From an uncultured Verrucomicrobiae bacterium (lineage in GTDB: Bacteria > Verrucomicrobiota > Verrucomicrobiia > Chthoniobacterales > UBA10450), in the NCBI GenBank assembly GCA_963801815.1, contig CAWDGJ010000002.1, positions 448,001-512,000 of the forward strand: a stretch of 64,000 nt of DNA, written 5' to 3'. The position numbers were made by a program, and so were the translations under genes. Positions 1 through 10,210 of the stretch are shown here, piece by piece. Under the pieces are notes generated by a model, which saw only the letters and a list, made by a program, of their open reading frames with translations, ran no database searches and had not been told where the DNA came from. The stretch's first letter is position 1, and every line of letters starts with the position of its first letter.

Positions 1-346
1 ACGGGCTGCCCGGTTTCAGTTTTCCATCTGCGTCCGCTTCGAGTCGCGTGTGGGTGACGACCGCGCATTCCTTGGCGAAACCTTTGACGTGCTCGGCTTC
101 CTTCGCGAAATAGCTTAGCGGAATAAAAAGCGGAAAATAGGCATTGCGATGTCCGGTTGCGCGAAACATCGCGTCGAGCTGGCGCTGCATGTTTTCCCAT
201 ATCCCGTAGCCCCACGGCCGGATGACCATGCACCCGCGCACATCGCTCGATTCGGCCAGCTCGGCGGCCCGAACGACCTGCTGATACCATTCGGGAAAAT
301 CCTGATCGCGGCGCGGACTGATCGCGGTTTTTTCTGTCTTTGTCAT
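1..346 (-). CDS. proS: Proline--tRNA ligase (archaeal/eukaryal-type ProRS), 5' part; runs off the window edge
   Basis: Manual translation (absent from the ORF track): [54 protein letters not shown]...[32 protein letters not shown]. Confidence 0.92.
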   Translation of the reverse strand, partial: MTKTEKTAISPRRDQDFPEWYQQVVRAAELAESSDVRGCMVIRPWGYGIWENMQRQLDAMFRATGHRNAYFPLFIPLSYFAKEAEHVKGFAKECAVVTHTRLEADADGKLKPGSP

Positions 347-436
347 CGAAGAGAACGAATTAAGCTCGTGCAGCCGAAATGGCTAGCCGCCTTTTTTGTA
401 ACCTTTTCGTCCATTTGTTGCTCTTTACTTTCAGGT

Positions 437-787
437 ATGAAAATCAAATCACTGATTATCGTGGCGACATTGCTTGGCGCCGTACAGCTTTCGCCGGTTT
501 TAGTCGGCCAGGACGCGAATGAGAGTGCAGCGGGTCGGGGCGGTCATTGGCAAAAACGAATGGCGAATCTTTCGCCGGATGAGCAACAAAAATTGATCTC
601 GGCACGACAAAAAGCCTTGCAGGATCCCGCTGTGCAGGCGGCTGAAGAAAAAATGAAAGAGGCCCGCCGGGCTTTCATGACTTCAATGCGGGCAGCGATG
701 CTCAAAGCCGACCCATCGGTCCAATCGGTTCTCGATAAAATGCCGAGAGCTGGGAAAGCCGGTCGCGGAGAGACTGAGGAAGATTAA
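437..787 (+). CDS. Small secreted alpha-helical hypothetical protein
   Basis: ATG at 437 (MKIKSLIIVATLLGAVQL, signal-peptide-like), then a helical K/R/A/M-rich body; the upstream ORF extension overlaps proS. Confidence 0.7.
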   Translation: MKIKSLIIVATLLGAVQLSPVLVGQDANESAAGRGGHWQKRMANLSPDEQQKLISARQKALQDPAVQAAEEKMKEARRAFMTSMRAAMLKADPSVQSVLDKMPRAGKAGRGETEED

Positions 788-807
788 ATAGTCAGCGGTC
801 CCGCCTG

Positions 808-1407
808 TTAACGGGACACGAGCGCACCAGCTCGCTCGGCATAACCGCCGGCGAAATCGATCGTGCAAACCGTGCGGTATCGGGCATGGTGACCAAAAGC
901 CGCGCCGGCGTAATTAAATTTCGGATTGAAGATATTCTTCCGATGACCACGCGAACGCACACCGTCGTCGATGATCAGCGCTAACACCACGCCGCGGGCA
1001 GTCTTTTGACTATAGGAAATGTTTTCGCCCCAGGTCGCGCTCCAGCTTCCGTAACGGCTGATTCGATCGCCCGGACTGCTGCGATCACTTCCATCGTGAC
1101 CGAGCTGACCACCAACTTGTTCGGCGCAATGATCCGCAGCGGCGCGGCACATCCCCGTCGACAACGTTAGCGGCGGCAATGACCTCGCTCTCTCAAGAAA
1201 GTGGACTGCTTCGTCGACCGCGCGTCCGCCTTCGATCATGTGGAACGGGCGTGATTCGGCCGCGAAGGTCGCGTAAAGCCTTGGGTTTTCCCGCGCGAGA
1301 TTCAACTCGCGGACCACGGACGTCGCGGAAATTTGCTCGGGCTCGGCGGCGGCGGCGAAATTCAGTGCAAAAACGGTGGTGGTGGCGGCTAGGATTGCGA
1401 GGCGCAT
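808..1407 (-). CDS. CAP (SCP/PR-1) domain protein, secreted
   Basis: Signal peptide; motifs LNLAREN, AAADHC, GHDGSD, WGENI, IDDGVRSRGHRKNIFNP. Confidence 0.88.
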   Translation of the reverse strand: MRLAILAATTTVFALNFAAAAEPEQISATSVVRELNLARENPRLYATFAAESRPFHMIEGGRAVDEAVHFLERARSLPPLTLSTGMCRAAADHCAEQVGGQLGHDGSDRSSPGDRISRYGSWSATWGENISYSQKTARGVVLALIIDDGVRSRGHRKNIFNPKFNYAGAAFGHHARYRTVCTIDFAGGYAERAGALVSR

Positions 1408-1421
1408 TATAATTTCCATAA

Positions 1422-1438
1422 AGCACCTTTGATACCAG
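1422..1438 (-). promoter_or_regulatory. Candidate sigma-54 (-24/-12) promoter for the CAP gene
   Basis: Minus strand CTGGTATCAAAGGTGCT, GG-N10-GC spacing, just upstream of the start codon. Confidence 0.4.
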
Positions 1439-1459
1439 TGAACCGCCTGACGCCGCCTG

Positions 1460-1488
1460 TTGACAGCCGCCCACTCGGCCAGTAGTTT
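1460..1488 (+). promoter_or_regulatory. Sigma-70 promoter for rplM-rpsI
   Basis: TTGACA (1460-1465), 17 nt spacer, TAGTTT (1483-1488), 22 nt before the rplM ATG. Confidence 0.65.
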
Positions 1489-1510
1489 CCGTGCCCTTTT
1501 TCAAACGCCG

Positions 1511-1942
1511 ATGAAAACGTTTTCCGCGAAGGCCAGTGATGTTGACCGCAAATGGTGGCTGATCGATGCCAAAGATCAGGTCCTCGGTCGCGTCGCAGTC
1601 AAGGCGGCGAAGCTTTTACGAGGAAAAGAGAAGGCGATCTTCACGCCGCATGTCGACACCGGCGATTTCGTGATCGTTATTAATGCCGGCAAGGTTCGTG
1701 TGTCGGGTAAGAAAGAGGAACAAAAGAGCTTCATGAGTTTTTCTGGATACGTCGGCGGACATAAATCCGAAAATGTCCGCGCCCGTCGCGCGCGTCATCC
1801 GGAATTGCTGGTCGAGCGCGCGATCCGCGGAATGATTCCGCATAATCGACTCGGCCGCTCCGTCTATCGAAAACTGAAGGTCTATCGCGACGACGCGCAC
1901 CCGCACGGCGCGCAGCAACCGAAATCGGTCAAGCTCGCTTAA
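1511..1942 (+). CDS. rplM: 50S ribosomal protein L13
   Basis: MKTFSAK...RKWWLIDAKDQVLGR...FTPHVDTGDFVIVINA...GMIPHNRLGR...HPHGAQQP. Confidence 0.98.
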   Translation: MKTFSAKASDVDRKWWLIDAKDQVLGRVAVKAAKLLRGKEKAIFTPHVDTGDFVIVINAGKVRVSGKKEEQKSFMSFSGYVGGHKSENVRARRARHPELLVERAIRGMIPHNRLGRSVYRKLKVYRDDAHPHGAQQPKSVKLA

Positions 1943-1953
1943 GAAAGTATTTT

Positions 1954-2349
1954 ATGGCTCAAGCACAGGAATTTATCGGCACAGGTCGCCGCAAGACTTC
2001 AGTCGCACGTATTCGGATGACTCCGGGCAGCGGCAAGATCGATATCAACGGCCGAAATTTTGAGGATTATTTTCCAACCGTCCCGCTGCAGAACATTGTT
2101 CTACAACCGTTGCAAACTGCCAAGGTCGTCAATGCCTACGATGTCTCGATCAACGCCAGTGGCGGCGGTGCTACCGGTCAAGCTGGAGCCGCGCGCCTGG
2201 CGATTGCACGCGCGCTCTTGCAGACAGACCCAAATCTCCGCGGCGGATTAAAGAGTGAGGGGCTGCTCCGACGCGACCCACGAATGAAAGAGCGGAAAAA
2301 ATCCGGACAACCCGGCGCTCGCAAACGCTTCCAGTTCTCGAAGCGATAA
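1954..2349 (+). CDS. rpsI: 30S ribosomal protein S9
   Basis: GTGRRKTSVAR...GGGATGQAGA...RDPRMKERKK...ARKRFQFSKR. Confidence 0.98.
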   Translation: MAQAQEFIGTGRRKTSVARIRMTPGSGKIDINGRNFEDYFPTVPLQNIVLQPLQTAKVVNAYDVSINASGGGATGQAGAARLAIARALLQTDPNLRGGLKSEGLLRRDPRMKERKKSGQPGARKRFQFSKR

Positions 2350-2359
2350 TTTTTGCCTG

Positions 2360-2406
2360 GTAGCGGCGATTGACCTCAATCGCCATGGCTGTGAACCGCA
2401 AGCTAC
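2360..2406. repeat. GTAG-headed REP-like palindrome
   Basis: GTAGC + GGCGATTGA-CC-TCAATCGCC stem, ending in GCTAC; lies between convergent genes. Confidence 0.6.
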
Positions 2407-3170
2407 TTCGGTTGCTTTGGCGTCGGTGCACCAGTGGAAGCTGGGGACAAGGGTGGTCCGTCAGGTGCCGCACTCGGCCGAGCCGCCGCGGTAGCAGGTT
2501 TTGGTTGCTCCGGCGGTTTCAATGAACGCAAGTGCCGCATCGCCTCCACCGTCCACACAGTTTCCATGCGGTCGTCCCGCGCAGCAGCAGTGTCCATCGG
2601 TTGTCCAGGCATGCGGTATTTTGTCAGGATCTCTTCGCAAACCCGGCGCGCATCTTCGATTCGATTCTTCGCCTTCAAAATGGGGACCTCTGAAATCATT
2701 GCCAAAGGCGTAACGAAACTATTTGGATAGCTGGCCGCGACGCGCTGATACGTCGCGAGCGCCTCGTCGCTCTTGCCCGTAGCCTCGAAATTGGCCGCCT
2801 TTGTCAGCTCGGCGGTCGGCACCAGCTCATGATCCGGATTCTTATCGATGAATGCCTGCAATGTGGCGTTCGATTCGGAAAATTTCTGTTCGTTGCGCTG
2901 TTTGTCTGCCAGGAGCAAATACGCACTTCCGCCCGCCGGCGATCCGGGATAGCGCGAGATCACCTCCTGGTAATCCTGCCCCGTCTTGGCGTTGCCTAAC
3001 AATTCCGCCGCGGATGTATCCCGCCGATATGTGTAGAATCGGTACCCGGCAAATCCGATCAGCACCAGGATCGCGACGATCAACGCCGCCGCGATTTCCT
3101 TTTGAAATCGCAACCAAAAGACACTGGCTTCAACAGCGGTGTCGGGAGTAGGTGGCGGAGCGGTTGGCAT
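2403..3170 (-). CDS. Membrane-anchored TPR protein (YfgM/TPR_21-like)
   Basis: One N-terminal TM helix, TPR-like helices (YPGSPAG..AYLLLA; EALATYQRVAASYPNS), Pro-rich tail. Confidence 0.75.
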   Translation of the reverse strand: MPTAPPPTPDTAVEASVFWLRFQKEIAAALIVAILVLIGFAGYRFYTYRRDTSAAELLGNAKTGQDYQEVISRYPGSPAGGSAYLLLADKQRNEQKFSESNATLQAFIDKNPDHELVPTAELTKAANFEATGKSDEALATYQRVAASYPNSFVTPLAMISEVPILKAKNRIEDARRVCEEILTKYRMPGQPMDTAAARDDRMETVWTVEAMRHLRSLKPPEQPKPATAAARPSAAPDGPPLSPASTGAPTPKQPK

Positions 3171-3351
3171 GGTGAATCTCGATCTGAGGCGCTCTTAGGG
3201 GCGCGCGAGTTTGCTCTATGCCACGCGAAGGATTCACGCGCAAGGGCTAGAAGTCGGCCGCTTCGATTCAGCTACATCGGTCCATTCCCGGGGAATGCCG
3301 GCGTTCCCGGGGGTTCTTGGCAAATTCGCCGCGCGGCTTCACTATCGTCCC

Positions 3352-3873
3352 ATGAACTTATGGCATCAGCTTTGGGACCCGGTCCGCGAGTTTCTTGGCC
3401 TCGGCGCTCTTCCGGAAACGCTCACGTTTGTCCAAATCTCAATTCGCGGAATTATCGTCTTCGTTTTCACATTGATCATGGTGCGAATGAGCGCGCGACG
3501 ATCGCTCGCCCGACGCACCGTGTTCGACAGCATTTTTCTGGTGATCCTCGCGTCTGTCCTGGCCCGCGCAATCAACGGGTCGTCAGACCTTTTGCCGACA
3601 ATCGGCGGCGGCTTTGTCATGGTCGCTTTCCATCGTTTGCTCGCGTGGATCGCGTTCTACTCGCACCGGTTCGGCAACCTTATCAAGGGACCCGAGCGGA
3701 TGCTGATTCGCGAGGGCAAGCTGATGCTCGCTGCTCTTCGTGGGAATCATATTACCGAACACGATCTCGAGGAAGATTTGCGGCTTGGCCTACACATTGA
3801 AGACTTGTCGTTGATCGACAACGCGCGGCTCGAGCGAAGCGGCGGCATTAGCTTCATCAAAAGAAACTCGTAA
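3352..3873 (+). CDS. DUF421/YetF family membrane protein
   Basis: RRSLARRTVFD, LARAING, LIKGPERMLIREG, ARLERSGGISFI. Confidence 0.85.
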   Translation: MNLWHQLWDPVREFLGLGALPETLTFVQISIRGIIVFVFTLIMVRMSARRSLARRTVFDSIFLVILASVLARAINGSSDLLPTIGGGFVMVAFHRLLAWIAFYSHRFGNLIKGPERMLIREGKLMLAALRGNHITEHDLEEDLRLGLHIEDLSLIDNARLERSGGISFIKRNS

Positions 3874-3889
3874 ACGAACAGCTTCTGAA

Positions 3890-3924
3890 TTCGGCATTGG
3901 ACGTTGAGCGTTCAACGTTCGACG
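3890..3924. repeat. Degenerate 7-bp tandem repeat
   Basis: ttcggca ttggacg ttgagcg ttcaacg ttcgacg. Confidence 0.6.
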
Positions 3925-3932
3925 TTTTCTGA

Positions 3933-5009
3933 ATGCAGCCGCACAATAAGCTATTTACTCCAGGCCCGGTTGAGGTTTCCGCCAAAACGATGGCCGCGTT
4001 CTCGCGGCCGATGATCGGGCATCGCGGCGACGATTTTAAAAACCTTTACCAAGATATTCATCCGCGCCTGCAAACCTTGTTTGGAACGAAGCAGCCGGTT
4101 TTTCTTTCAACGTCATCCGCGTGGGGCATGATGGAAGCGTCGATCCGCAATCTAGTCAATCGCGGCGCGCTTTGCTGCATGTGCGGCGCGTTCTCGGACA
4201 AATGGCTCGATGTTGCGCGACGCTGCGGCAAAACCGCCGAGCCACTTCAGGTTGATTGGGGGAAACACATTGACCCCAAGGATGTCGATCGCGCGCTCGC
4301 GTCCGGAAAATTCGACACTATCACATTGATTCACAACGAAACATCAACGGGCGTAATGAATCCGTTGCCGGAAATTTACTGCACGCTCGCGAAATACCCC
4401 GACGTCACGCTCATTTTGGACACCGTTTCGTCGTTCTCCGGCATGAAAATAGACATGGACGCGCTTGGAATCGACGTGCTGCTCACTGGATCGCAAAAAG
4501 CGCTAGCTCTGCCACCCGGCTTTTCATTGTTCAGTGTGTCCGACAAAGGTTTTGCTCGAACTGAAAAACAAAAAGATCGCGGTTATTACTTCGATTTTCT
4601 CGAGTTTAAGGAACAACAAGCGAGTTGGATGACGCCAACAACGCCAAGCATCGGCCACATCTTTGCGCTGCAATCCAAGCTCGGAGAAATCTTCGAGGAA
4701 GGACTCGACGCGCGTTACGCGCGTCATGCTCGGACAAACGCGCTGGTGCACGATTGGGTGAAACGAGCAGGCTTCGGATTTTTTGCCGAGGAAGGTTTTC
4801 GGTCAAGGACGCTGACTTGTGTCGCGAACAGCAAGAACATCGACGTTCTCGATTTCGCCCGGCGCCTGCGCGAGAAACATCATCTCGTCATCGATCCCGG
4901 TTACGGCAAACTTCGCGGCAAAACATTTCGTCTCTCCAACATGGGCGATGAAACCGACCAAACGGTTTCGCATCTCCTCGGTTGTCTCGACGACGTTCTG
5001 CCGAAATGA
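3933..5009 (+). CDS. Class V PLP aminotransferase (alanine-glyoxylate/serine-pyruvate family)
   Basis: LFTPGP, IGHRG, IHNETSTGV, DTVSS, TGSQKALALPPG (PLP lysine), TPTTP. Confidence 0.92.
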   Translation: MQPHNKLFTPGPVEVSAKTMAAFSRPMIGHRGDDFKNLYQDIHPRLQTLFGTKQPVFLSTSSAWGMMEASIRNLVNRGALCCMCGAFSDKWLDVARRCGKTAEPLQVDWGKHIDPKDVDRALASGKFDTITLIHNETSTGVMNPLPEIYCTLAKYPDVTLILDTVSSFSGMKIDMDALGIDVLLTGSQKALALPPGFSLFSVSDKGFARTEKQKDRGYYFDFLEFKEQQASWMTPTTPSIGHIFALQSKLGEIFEEGLDARYARHARTNALVHDWVKRAGFGFFAEEGFRSRTLTCVANSKNIDVLDFARRLREKHHLVIDPGYGKLRGKTFRLSNMGDETDQTVSHLLGCLDDVLPK

Positions 5010-5488
5010 GTTCAGCCATGTTTGTGCGACAAGGCACTGAGGCAATCACGCAAACTCCGCTTTTCATTGCCGAGCTGCCTAATTTCTCCGCCTTAGAAAA
5101 AGCAGACCTTCCCGCAAAACCGCTAAAACTCTTCATCGCAGGCGATGCCGATAAATTATCTACCGATGAAATTTCCCGGATTGCTGAAGCTTTTCTAAAA
5201 CGAGGCGTGCGGTATGTCTGCGCGTGGGGAACCGATTGTGAACGACTTCACGATATTTTTGACGAAACGTATGTAGGCGATGGAAATGAACCGTACAAGT
5301 TCGACTTGATGACAACGTGGCACGCCGATGATTCGTTCGGCGAGGCGCTTTGGTTTTTCCTAAATGCTGCACATGTCGACGAGGAGATTGCGGGCGCTGC
5401 TTCGTTCGCCGTACGGGTCGGAAACCCTCCAAACTCTGCACCGCTTTCGGAAGCGATTCCGCGAATTGAGGAATTTACCTCTGATTAA
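5006..5488 (+). CDS. Hypothetical protein
   Basis: ATGA overlap with the upstream stop; protein-like motifs CAWGTDCERLHDIFDE and MTTWHADD. Confidence 0.75.
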   Translation: MSSAMFVRQGTEAITQTPLFIAELPNFSALEKADLPAKPLKLFIAGDADKLSTDEISRIAEAFLKRGVRYVCAWGTDCERLHDIFDETYVGDGNEPYKFDLMTTWHADDSFGEALWFFLNAAHVDEEIAGAASFAVRVGNPPNSAPLSEAIPRIEEFTSD

Positions 5489-5526
5489 AAAAGCGAAGGG
5501 CGCCTTCGTTTCCGAAAGCGCCCTTC
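5487..5526 (-). terminator. Rho-independent terminator of rnpB
   Basis: GAAGGGCGC...GCGCCCTTC stem followed on the minus strand by a T6 tract, just 3' of rnpB. Confidence 0.75.
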
Positions 5527-5532
5527 ATATTT

Positions 5533-5935
5533 AGATGGCGGTAAGCCGAATTCTGTCGTGGATGATCATTTATCTCATTCGCCGTAGCGAACGCCCCCCG
5601 CCAAGGCGGGGTAGTGCGACGATACCCGAGGATTAACCCCGAAAGGTTTCGGGGCGGGTCGGACCGGCTGTCCTGCCTCTGTTTTGTCTTGCACCGCATG
5701 GGGTTTTTCGTGCCGCCCCGCTTACGCGGGACGCGGTGAGCTCTTACCTCGCCTTTTCACCCTTGCCTGCGCTTCTTTCAAAGAACCGGCGGTGTCTTTT
5801 CTGTGACACTTTCCGTCACCGCAATTTTTCAACCGCGGCGCCCGCGTATTTTACGCGGCATGCTGCCGTATGGTGTTCGGACTTTCCTCCAGCAAATCCC
5901 GCCAAAGCGGGATTCACCAGCGATCATCTGCCATC
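5533..5935 (-). ncRNA. rnpB: RNase P RNA (bacterial type A)
   Basis: Minus strand has GAGGAAAGTCCGAACAC, CACAGAAA, GGGTGAAAAGGCGAGGTAAGAGCTCACC and ACAGAATTCGGCTTA; P1 pairs GATGGC with GCCATC. Confidence 0.95.
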
Positions 5936-5941
5936 GACCGT

Positions 5942-5950
5942 ATTCTAGCA
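5942..5950 (-). promoter_or_regulatory. Extended -10 promoter of rnpB
   Basis: TGCTAGAAT (TGn-TAGAAT), 6 nt upstream of the P1 5' end. Confidence 0.55.
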
Positions 5951-5974
5951 CATTCCGCGGCATTCGCAGCTGCA

Positions 5975-6649
5975 TCAGGGCGATGATTCGCCGATTTCAA
6001 TCAGGGCAAGATGGGTCCCATCCTGCGACAGTCGGAGGCGCAATGGCCATGAGCTTCTGTTGTCGACGTGGTAAGTGCACTGCAAATCGCGCGTCTCCGG
6101 ATCAAAGCTTTGGATGTACGTGGTCGGGTACTTTCGCCCTCGTTGGCCTCCCAGCTCGTTGATCCGCGAGACTTCGTCCGTTGTCAGACCGCTCTTTTCC
6201 GCGTAAAAGGAAATCGGGAACGGACCCAGATCATTGGGGAAAACCAAAGCCAGACTCTTCCAGTCCTTTTCGGCCGCCGGCCTAACGGTTTCGGTCTGGA
6301 CCGCACGTGTTCGGATGTAAAGTTGGGCCGCTGGAAGATCAATCACCACAACGAGCGGTCCGGCTTGATAAATCTGCGGCTCAACTCCGTCTGATACATC
6401 ACCAAACCATTCGATGTCAGTCGATCCGGGGGCCCGATAGCCGGCGCGCTGCGAAAAACCGTGTTCGCTGCGACCACGCGCATTTCCATCGATGATTAAC
6501 GTTCCCTGATTCGCCAGGGATATTTCCCGACGAACACTCGGCAACGGCTCGGGCAGCGACATACCGACCAAAAGCGCTACGATGGCGACAGCCGGCAACA
6601 CGACCACAATCCCGGTCACGATGATGGCTATCTTGATTTTGCGAGACAT
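5975..6649 (-). CDS. Hypothetical protein with an N-terminal membrane anchor
   Basis: 224-aa ORF; basic N-terminus plus hydrophobic helix; no family recognised. Confidence 0.65.
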   Translation of the reverse strand: MSRKIKIAIIVTGIVVVLPAVAIVALLVGMSLPEPLPSVRREISLANQGTLIIDGNARGRSEHGFSQRAGYRAPGSTDIEWFGDVSDGVEPQIYQAGPLVVVIDLPAAQLYIRTRAVQTETVRPAAEKDWKSLALVFPNDLGPFPISFYAEKSGLTTDEVSRINELGGQRGRKYPTTYIQSFDPETRDLQCTYHVDNRSSWPLRLRLSQDGTHLALIEIGESSP

Positions 6650-6804
6650 CTGTTGTCTTCACGGCTGCAAACTTTGTACCATTGAAAGAAATCTCATTGG
6701 TTAGTCGATACTGGGTTTTTGCCGACGCCGATGAACGCATCCTTCCGCGATCACCCGCAGTTGAATTTGTTCGCGTAAGCAGCGGTCAATCTTTCGCAAA
6801 GCTT

Positions 6805-6832
6805 TTGACCAGCGGTCTGCTAATCCTATAGT
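6805..6832 (+). promoter_or_regulatory. Candidate sigma-70 promoter for prx-acnA
   Basis: TTGACC, 16 nt spacer, TATAGT; GGAGG Shine-Dalgarno before the prx ATG. Confidence 0.5.
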
Positions 6833-6869
6833 GAATTTCCCCCTGTAAACTCAAACCGGAGGATTTGAT

Positions 6870-7364
6870 ATGCCACTCGCAGTTGGAACCATAGCGCCAG
6901 ACTTCACTCTCTCAACCAAGACCGCCGACGGCCCGAAGAAGGTCAAACTCAGCGACAATTTCGGGAAGAAGAACACGCTTCTCCTGTTTTTCCCCATGGC
7001 CTTCACCGGGACGTGCACCGAAGAAATGTGCAGCGCCACCAAGGAACTTCCGAACTATGGCGGACTGAACGCGGTTGTTTACGGCATCAGCGGCGACAAT
7101 CCGTTCGCGCAGGAAGCGTGGGCGAAAAAGGAAAGCATCGACGTCACGTTGTTGAGCGATTACGAGCACACAGTCGCGAAGGACTACGGCGTCGTTTACG
7201 ATTCATTCCTCCCTCAAATCAATCTCGGCATGGGCGGCGTCCCAAAACGTTCCGCCTTCGTGATCGATAAGAATGGTGTCATCCAATACACCGAGAGCAA
7301 CGACGACGCGAAACAGCTGCCGAACTTCGACAAAATTAAAGCCAGACTCGGCGAACTGAAGTGA
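6870..7364 (+). CDS. Peroxiredoxin (AhpC/TSA family)
   Basis: [25 protein letters not shown] (PxxxTxxC), [14 protein letters not shown]. Confidence 0.92.
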   Translation: MPLAVGTIAPDFTLSTKTADGPKKVKLSDNFGKKNTLLLFFPMAFTGTCTEEMCSATKELPNYGGLNAVVYGISGDNPFAQEAWAKKESIDVTLLSDYEHTVAKDYGVVYDSFLPQINLGMGGVPKRSAFVIDKNGVIQYTESNDDAKQLPNFDKIKARLGELK

Positions 7365-10210
7365 ACGACGAATTTAAAACGCTAAAGAAGTTCGACGCTG
7401 GAAAAGACCGGGAAGGGTTTTTCCATTCCCTGCCCGCCCTGGAAGAACAAGGGGTCGGGAAAATTTCGCGCCTGCCGGTGAGCATTCGCATCGTTCTCGA
7501 ATCGGTGCTCAGAAATTGCGACGGCAAGAAAGTCAGGCCCAAAGATGTCCAGAGCCTGGCGAAGTGGAATGCCAAGAAGCCGGCCAACGAAGAAATTCCG
7601 TTCGTGGTTGCGCGAATTGTTCTCCAGGATTTCACCGGCGTGCCGCTGGTTGTCGATCTGGCCGCGATGCGCAGCGCCGTGAAACGCCTCAAGGGTGATC
7701 CAAAAATCATCGAACCCCTCGTCCCAGTCGATCTGGTGGTCGACCATTCCGTTCAGGTCGATTTCTTCGGTTCATCGCGCGCATTGCAGCTGAACCTGGA
7801 CATGGAATTCAAACGTAATCGCGAACGTTACCAGTTCTTGAAATGGGGGGCGCAAGCGTTCAAGACATTTCAGCTCATCCCGCCCGGCATCGGAATTGTT
7901 CACCAAGTTAACTTGGAATATTTGGCCAAGGGAGTTCTTTCCACCGAACTCTCAACCCTCAACTCTCGACTTTACTACCCCGACACACTCGTTGGGACTG
8001 ATTCTCACACCACCATGATCAACGGTCTCGGCGTAGTTGGCTGGGGCGTCGGTGGAATCGAAGCCGAAGCGGGAATGCTCGGTCAGCCGGTCTATTTTTT
8101 AACGCCGGAAGTCGTCGGCGTGCACATGAGCGGAAAACTAAGCGAAGGCGTGACTGCGACCGATCTCGTGCTGCACATCACCGAGATGCTGCGTGCGCAA
8201 AAAGTCGTTGGAAAGTTTGTGGAATTTTATGGCGAAGGCGCGGCGTCATTGCCGGTACCGGACCGCGCCACGATTGGCAACATGTCGCCGGAGTACGGTG
8301 CGACGATGGGATTTTTCCCGATTGATGGTGAATCAGTCGCGTATTTACGCGCGACTGGCCGCACCGAGGACCAATGCGCGGCGTTCGAAAATTATTTTCG
8401 CGCGCAAAAAATGTTCGGCATGCCACGCAAAGGCGAAATCGATTACAGCGTCGACCTCGAACTGAACCTCGCCGATGTGCAGCCAGCGGTCGCCGGGCCG
8501 AAACGGCCGCAAGACCGAATCAATCTGCCCGCGCTCGGTGAAAAGTTTCGCTCCCTGTTGAAGAAACCAGTGAAAGACGGCGGCTACGGAAAAGCGGACG
8601 CCGACCTTAACGCGAAACATCTGGTCCAACTGAACGGGAGCGCGCCGCGTGACGAACATATGCCCAACCTCGAGCCGGGCGACGAACGCAATAAGGCAGA
8701 GATGGTGACGAATAGGCCGACACCGGACACCGCGCAGGAAATTGAAGGCGCTCGTGCCGATCCGTTTCGTCATGGCCAAAGCGAGATCGGACACGGAACT
8801 GTTTTGATCGCCGCGATCACTAGTTGCACCAACACCAGCAATCCGAGCGTGATGCTGGCGGCGGGATTGCTGGCGAAAAAGGCAGTCGAGCGCGGTCTCA
8901 AGGTCGACCCTGCAGTGAAAACTTCGCTCGCCCCCGGCTCGCGTGTGGTCACCGATTATTTGGACAAGACGGGACTGCAAAAATATCTCGATCAACTTGG
9001 ATTCAATCTGGTCGGTTACGGTTGCACGACTTGCATTGGAAATTCCGGCCCGCTTCATCCGAACATCGAGAAAGCGATCAACGACTTCGATTTGGTCGCG
9101 GCGTCCGTCCTTTCGGGAAATCGGAACTTCGAAGCGCGCGTCCATCAGAACATCAAAGCGAATTTCCTGATGTCGCCGCCGCTGGTCGTCGCGTTCGCGA
9201 TTGCCGGACGCGTCGATGTCGATCTTAACAAGGAGCCGGTCGGCAAAGGGAAGGACGGGGATGTTTATTTGCGCGATCTCTGGCCATCGTTGACTGAGAT
9301 TCGGGACGCGATGCGGTCCGCGTTGAAGCCGGAAGTGTTTCGGAAGCTTTACCGCGATTTCGCCGGTCAAAACCCGAAATGGAATGAGATTCCATCGACA
9401 ACTGGCGAGGTTTATCAATGGGATGAGAAAAGCGATTACATCCAAGAACCACCGTTCTTCACGGATTTTTCGATGGAAGTCGGCAAGATCGAAAACATTC
9501 TCAATGCACGCGCTCTCGGGATCTTCGGCGATTCCGTCACAACCGATCACATTTCGCCCGCCGGCGCGATCAAAGCGACGTCGCCCGCCGGGAAATATTT
9601 GGTATCGCGCGGGATCAAGCCGGAAGATTTCAACAGTTACGGCTCGCGCCGGGGAAACGATCGAGTGATGACGCGTGGCACGTTCGCGAACGTGCGGATC
9701 AAGAATCTGATGGTGCCGGGGACGGAAGGCGGAATAACAAAGTATTTCCCAAATGGGGACGAGGGCGAGCAAATGTCGATCTTCGATGCCGCGATGAATT
9801 ACGCGGAGAGAAACGTGCCGCTGGTGATTTTGGCCGGGACGGAGTACGGCGCAGGTTCGTCGCGCGATTGGGCGGCAAAAGGAACCCGCTTGCTAGGCGT
9901 GAAAGCAGTTGTGGCGGCGAGTTTCGAACGAATTCATCGGTCAAATCTGGTCGGGATGGGCGTTTTGCCGTTGCAGTTTCAAGAAGGCACCAACGCGCAA
10001 ACACTTGGACTCGACGGTTCGGAAAAATTTTCGATTACCGGATTGTCCGACAAAATTCAGCCCGGCCAGGAACTGAAACTCGAAATTCGCAAAGGCTCGG
10101 AGTTGAGATCAGTTCCAGTGAACCTTCGCATCGATACTCCGATTGAGATCGACTACTATCGGCACGGCGGGATTCTGCAGTTCGTGCTACGACAATTGCT
10201 CTCGAAGTAG
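7361..10210 (+). CDS. acnA: Aconitate hydratase A
   Basis: [72 protein letters not shown]. Confidence 0.98.
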   Translation: MNDEFKTLKKFDAGKDREGFFHSLPALEEQGVGKISRLPVSIRIVLESVLRNCDGKKVRPKDVQSLAKWNAKKPANEEIPFVVARIVLQDFTGVPLVVDLAAMRSAVKRLKGDPKIIEPLVPVDLVVDHSVQVDFFGSSRALQLNLDMEFKRNRERYQFLKWGAQAFKTFQLIPPGIGIVHQVNLEYLAKGVLSTELSTLNSRLYYPDTLVGTDSHTTMINGLGVVGWGVGGIEAEAGMLGQPVYFLTPEVVGVHMSGKLSEGVTATDLVLHITEMLRAQKVVGKFVEFYGEGAASLPVPDRATIGNMSPEYGATMGFFPIDGESVAYLRATGRTEDQCAAFENYFRAQKMFGMPRKGEIDYSVDLELNLADVQPAVAGPKRPQDRINLPALGEKFRSLLKKPVKDGGYGKADADLNAKHLVQLNGSAPRDEHMPNLEPGDERNKAEMVTNRPTPDTAQEIEGARADPFRHGQSEIGHGTVLIAAITSCTNTSNPSVMLAAGLLAKKAVERGLKVDPAVKTSLAPGSRVVTDYLDKTGLQKYLDQLGFNLVGYGCTTCIGNSGPLHPNIEKAINDFDLVAASVLSGNRNFEARVHQNIKANFLMSPPLVVAFAIAGRVDVDLNKEPVGKGKDGDVYLRDLWPSLTEIRDAMRSALKPEVFRKLYRDFAGQNPKWNEIPSTTGEVYQWDEKSDYIQEPPFFTDFSMEVGKIENILNARALGIFGDSVTTDHISPAGAIKATSPAGKYLVSRGIKPEDFNSYGSRRGNDRVMTRGTFANVRIKNLMVPGTEGGITKYFPNGDEGEQMSIFDAAMNYAERNVPLVILAGTEYGAGSSRDWAAKGTRLLGVKAVVAASFERIHRSNLVGMGVLPLQFQEGTNAQTLGLDGSEKFSITGLSDKIQPGQELKLEIRKGSELRSVPVNLRIDTPIEIDYYRHGGILQFVLRQLLSK

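Noticed and set aside
3286..3312. GC-rich hairpin upstream of the DUF421 gene as a riboswitch
   Set aside because: It is a single hairpin with no recognisable aptamer motif.
8345..9772. 475-aa antisense ORF, and similar shadow ORFs opposite dnaA, tatC and exbB
   Set aside because: They lie opposite well-conserved genes, show no recognisable motifs, and are expected from codon bias.
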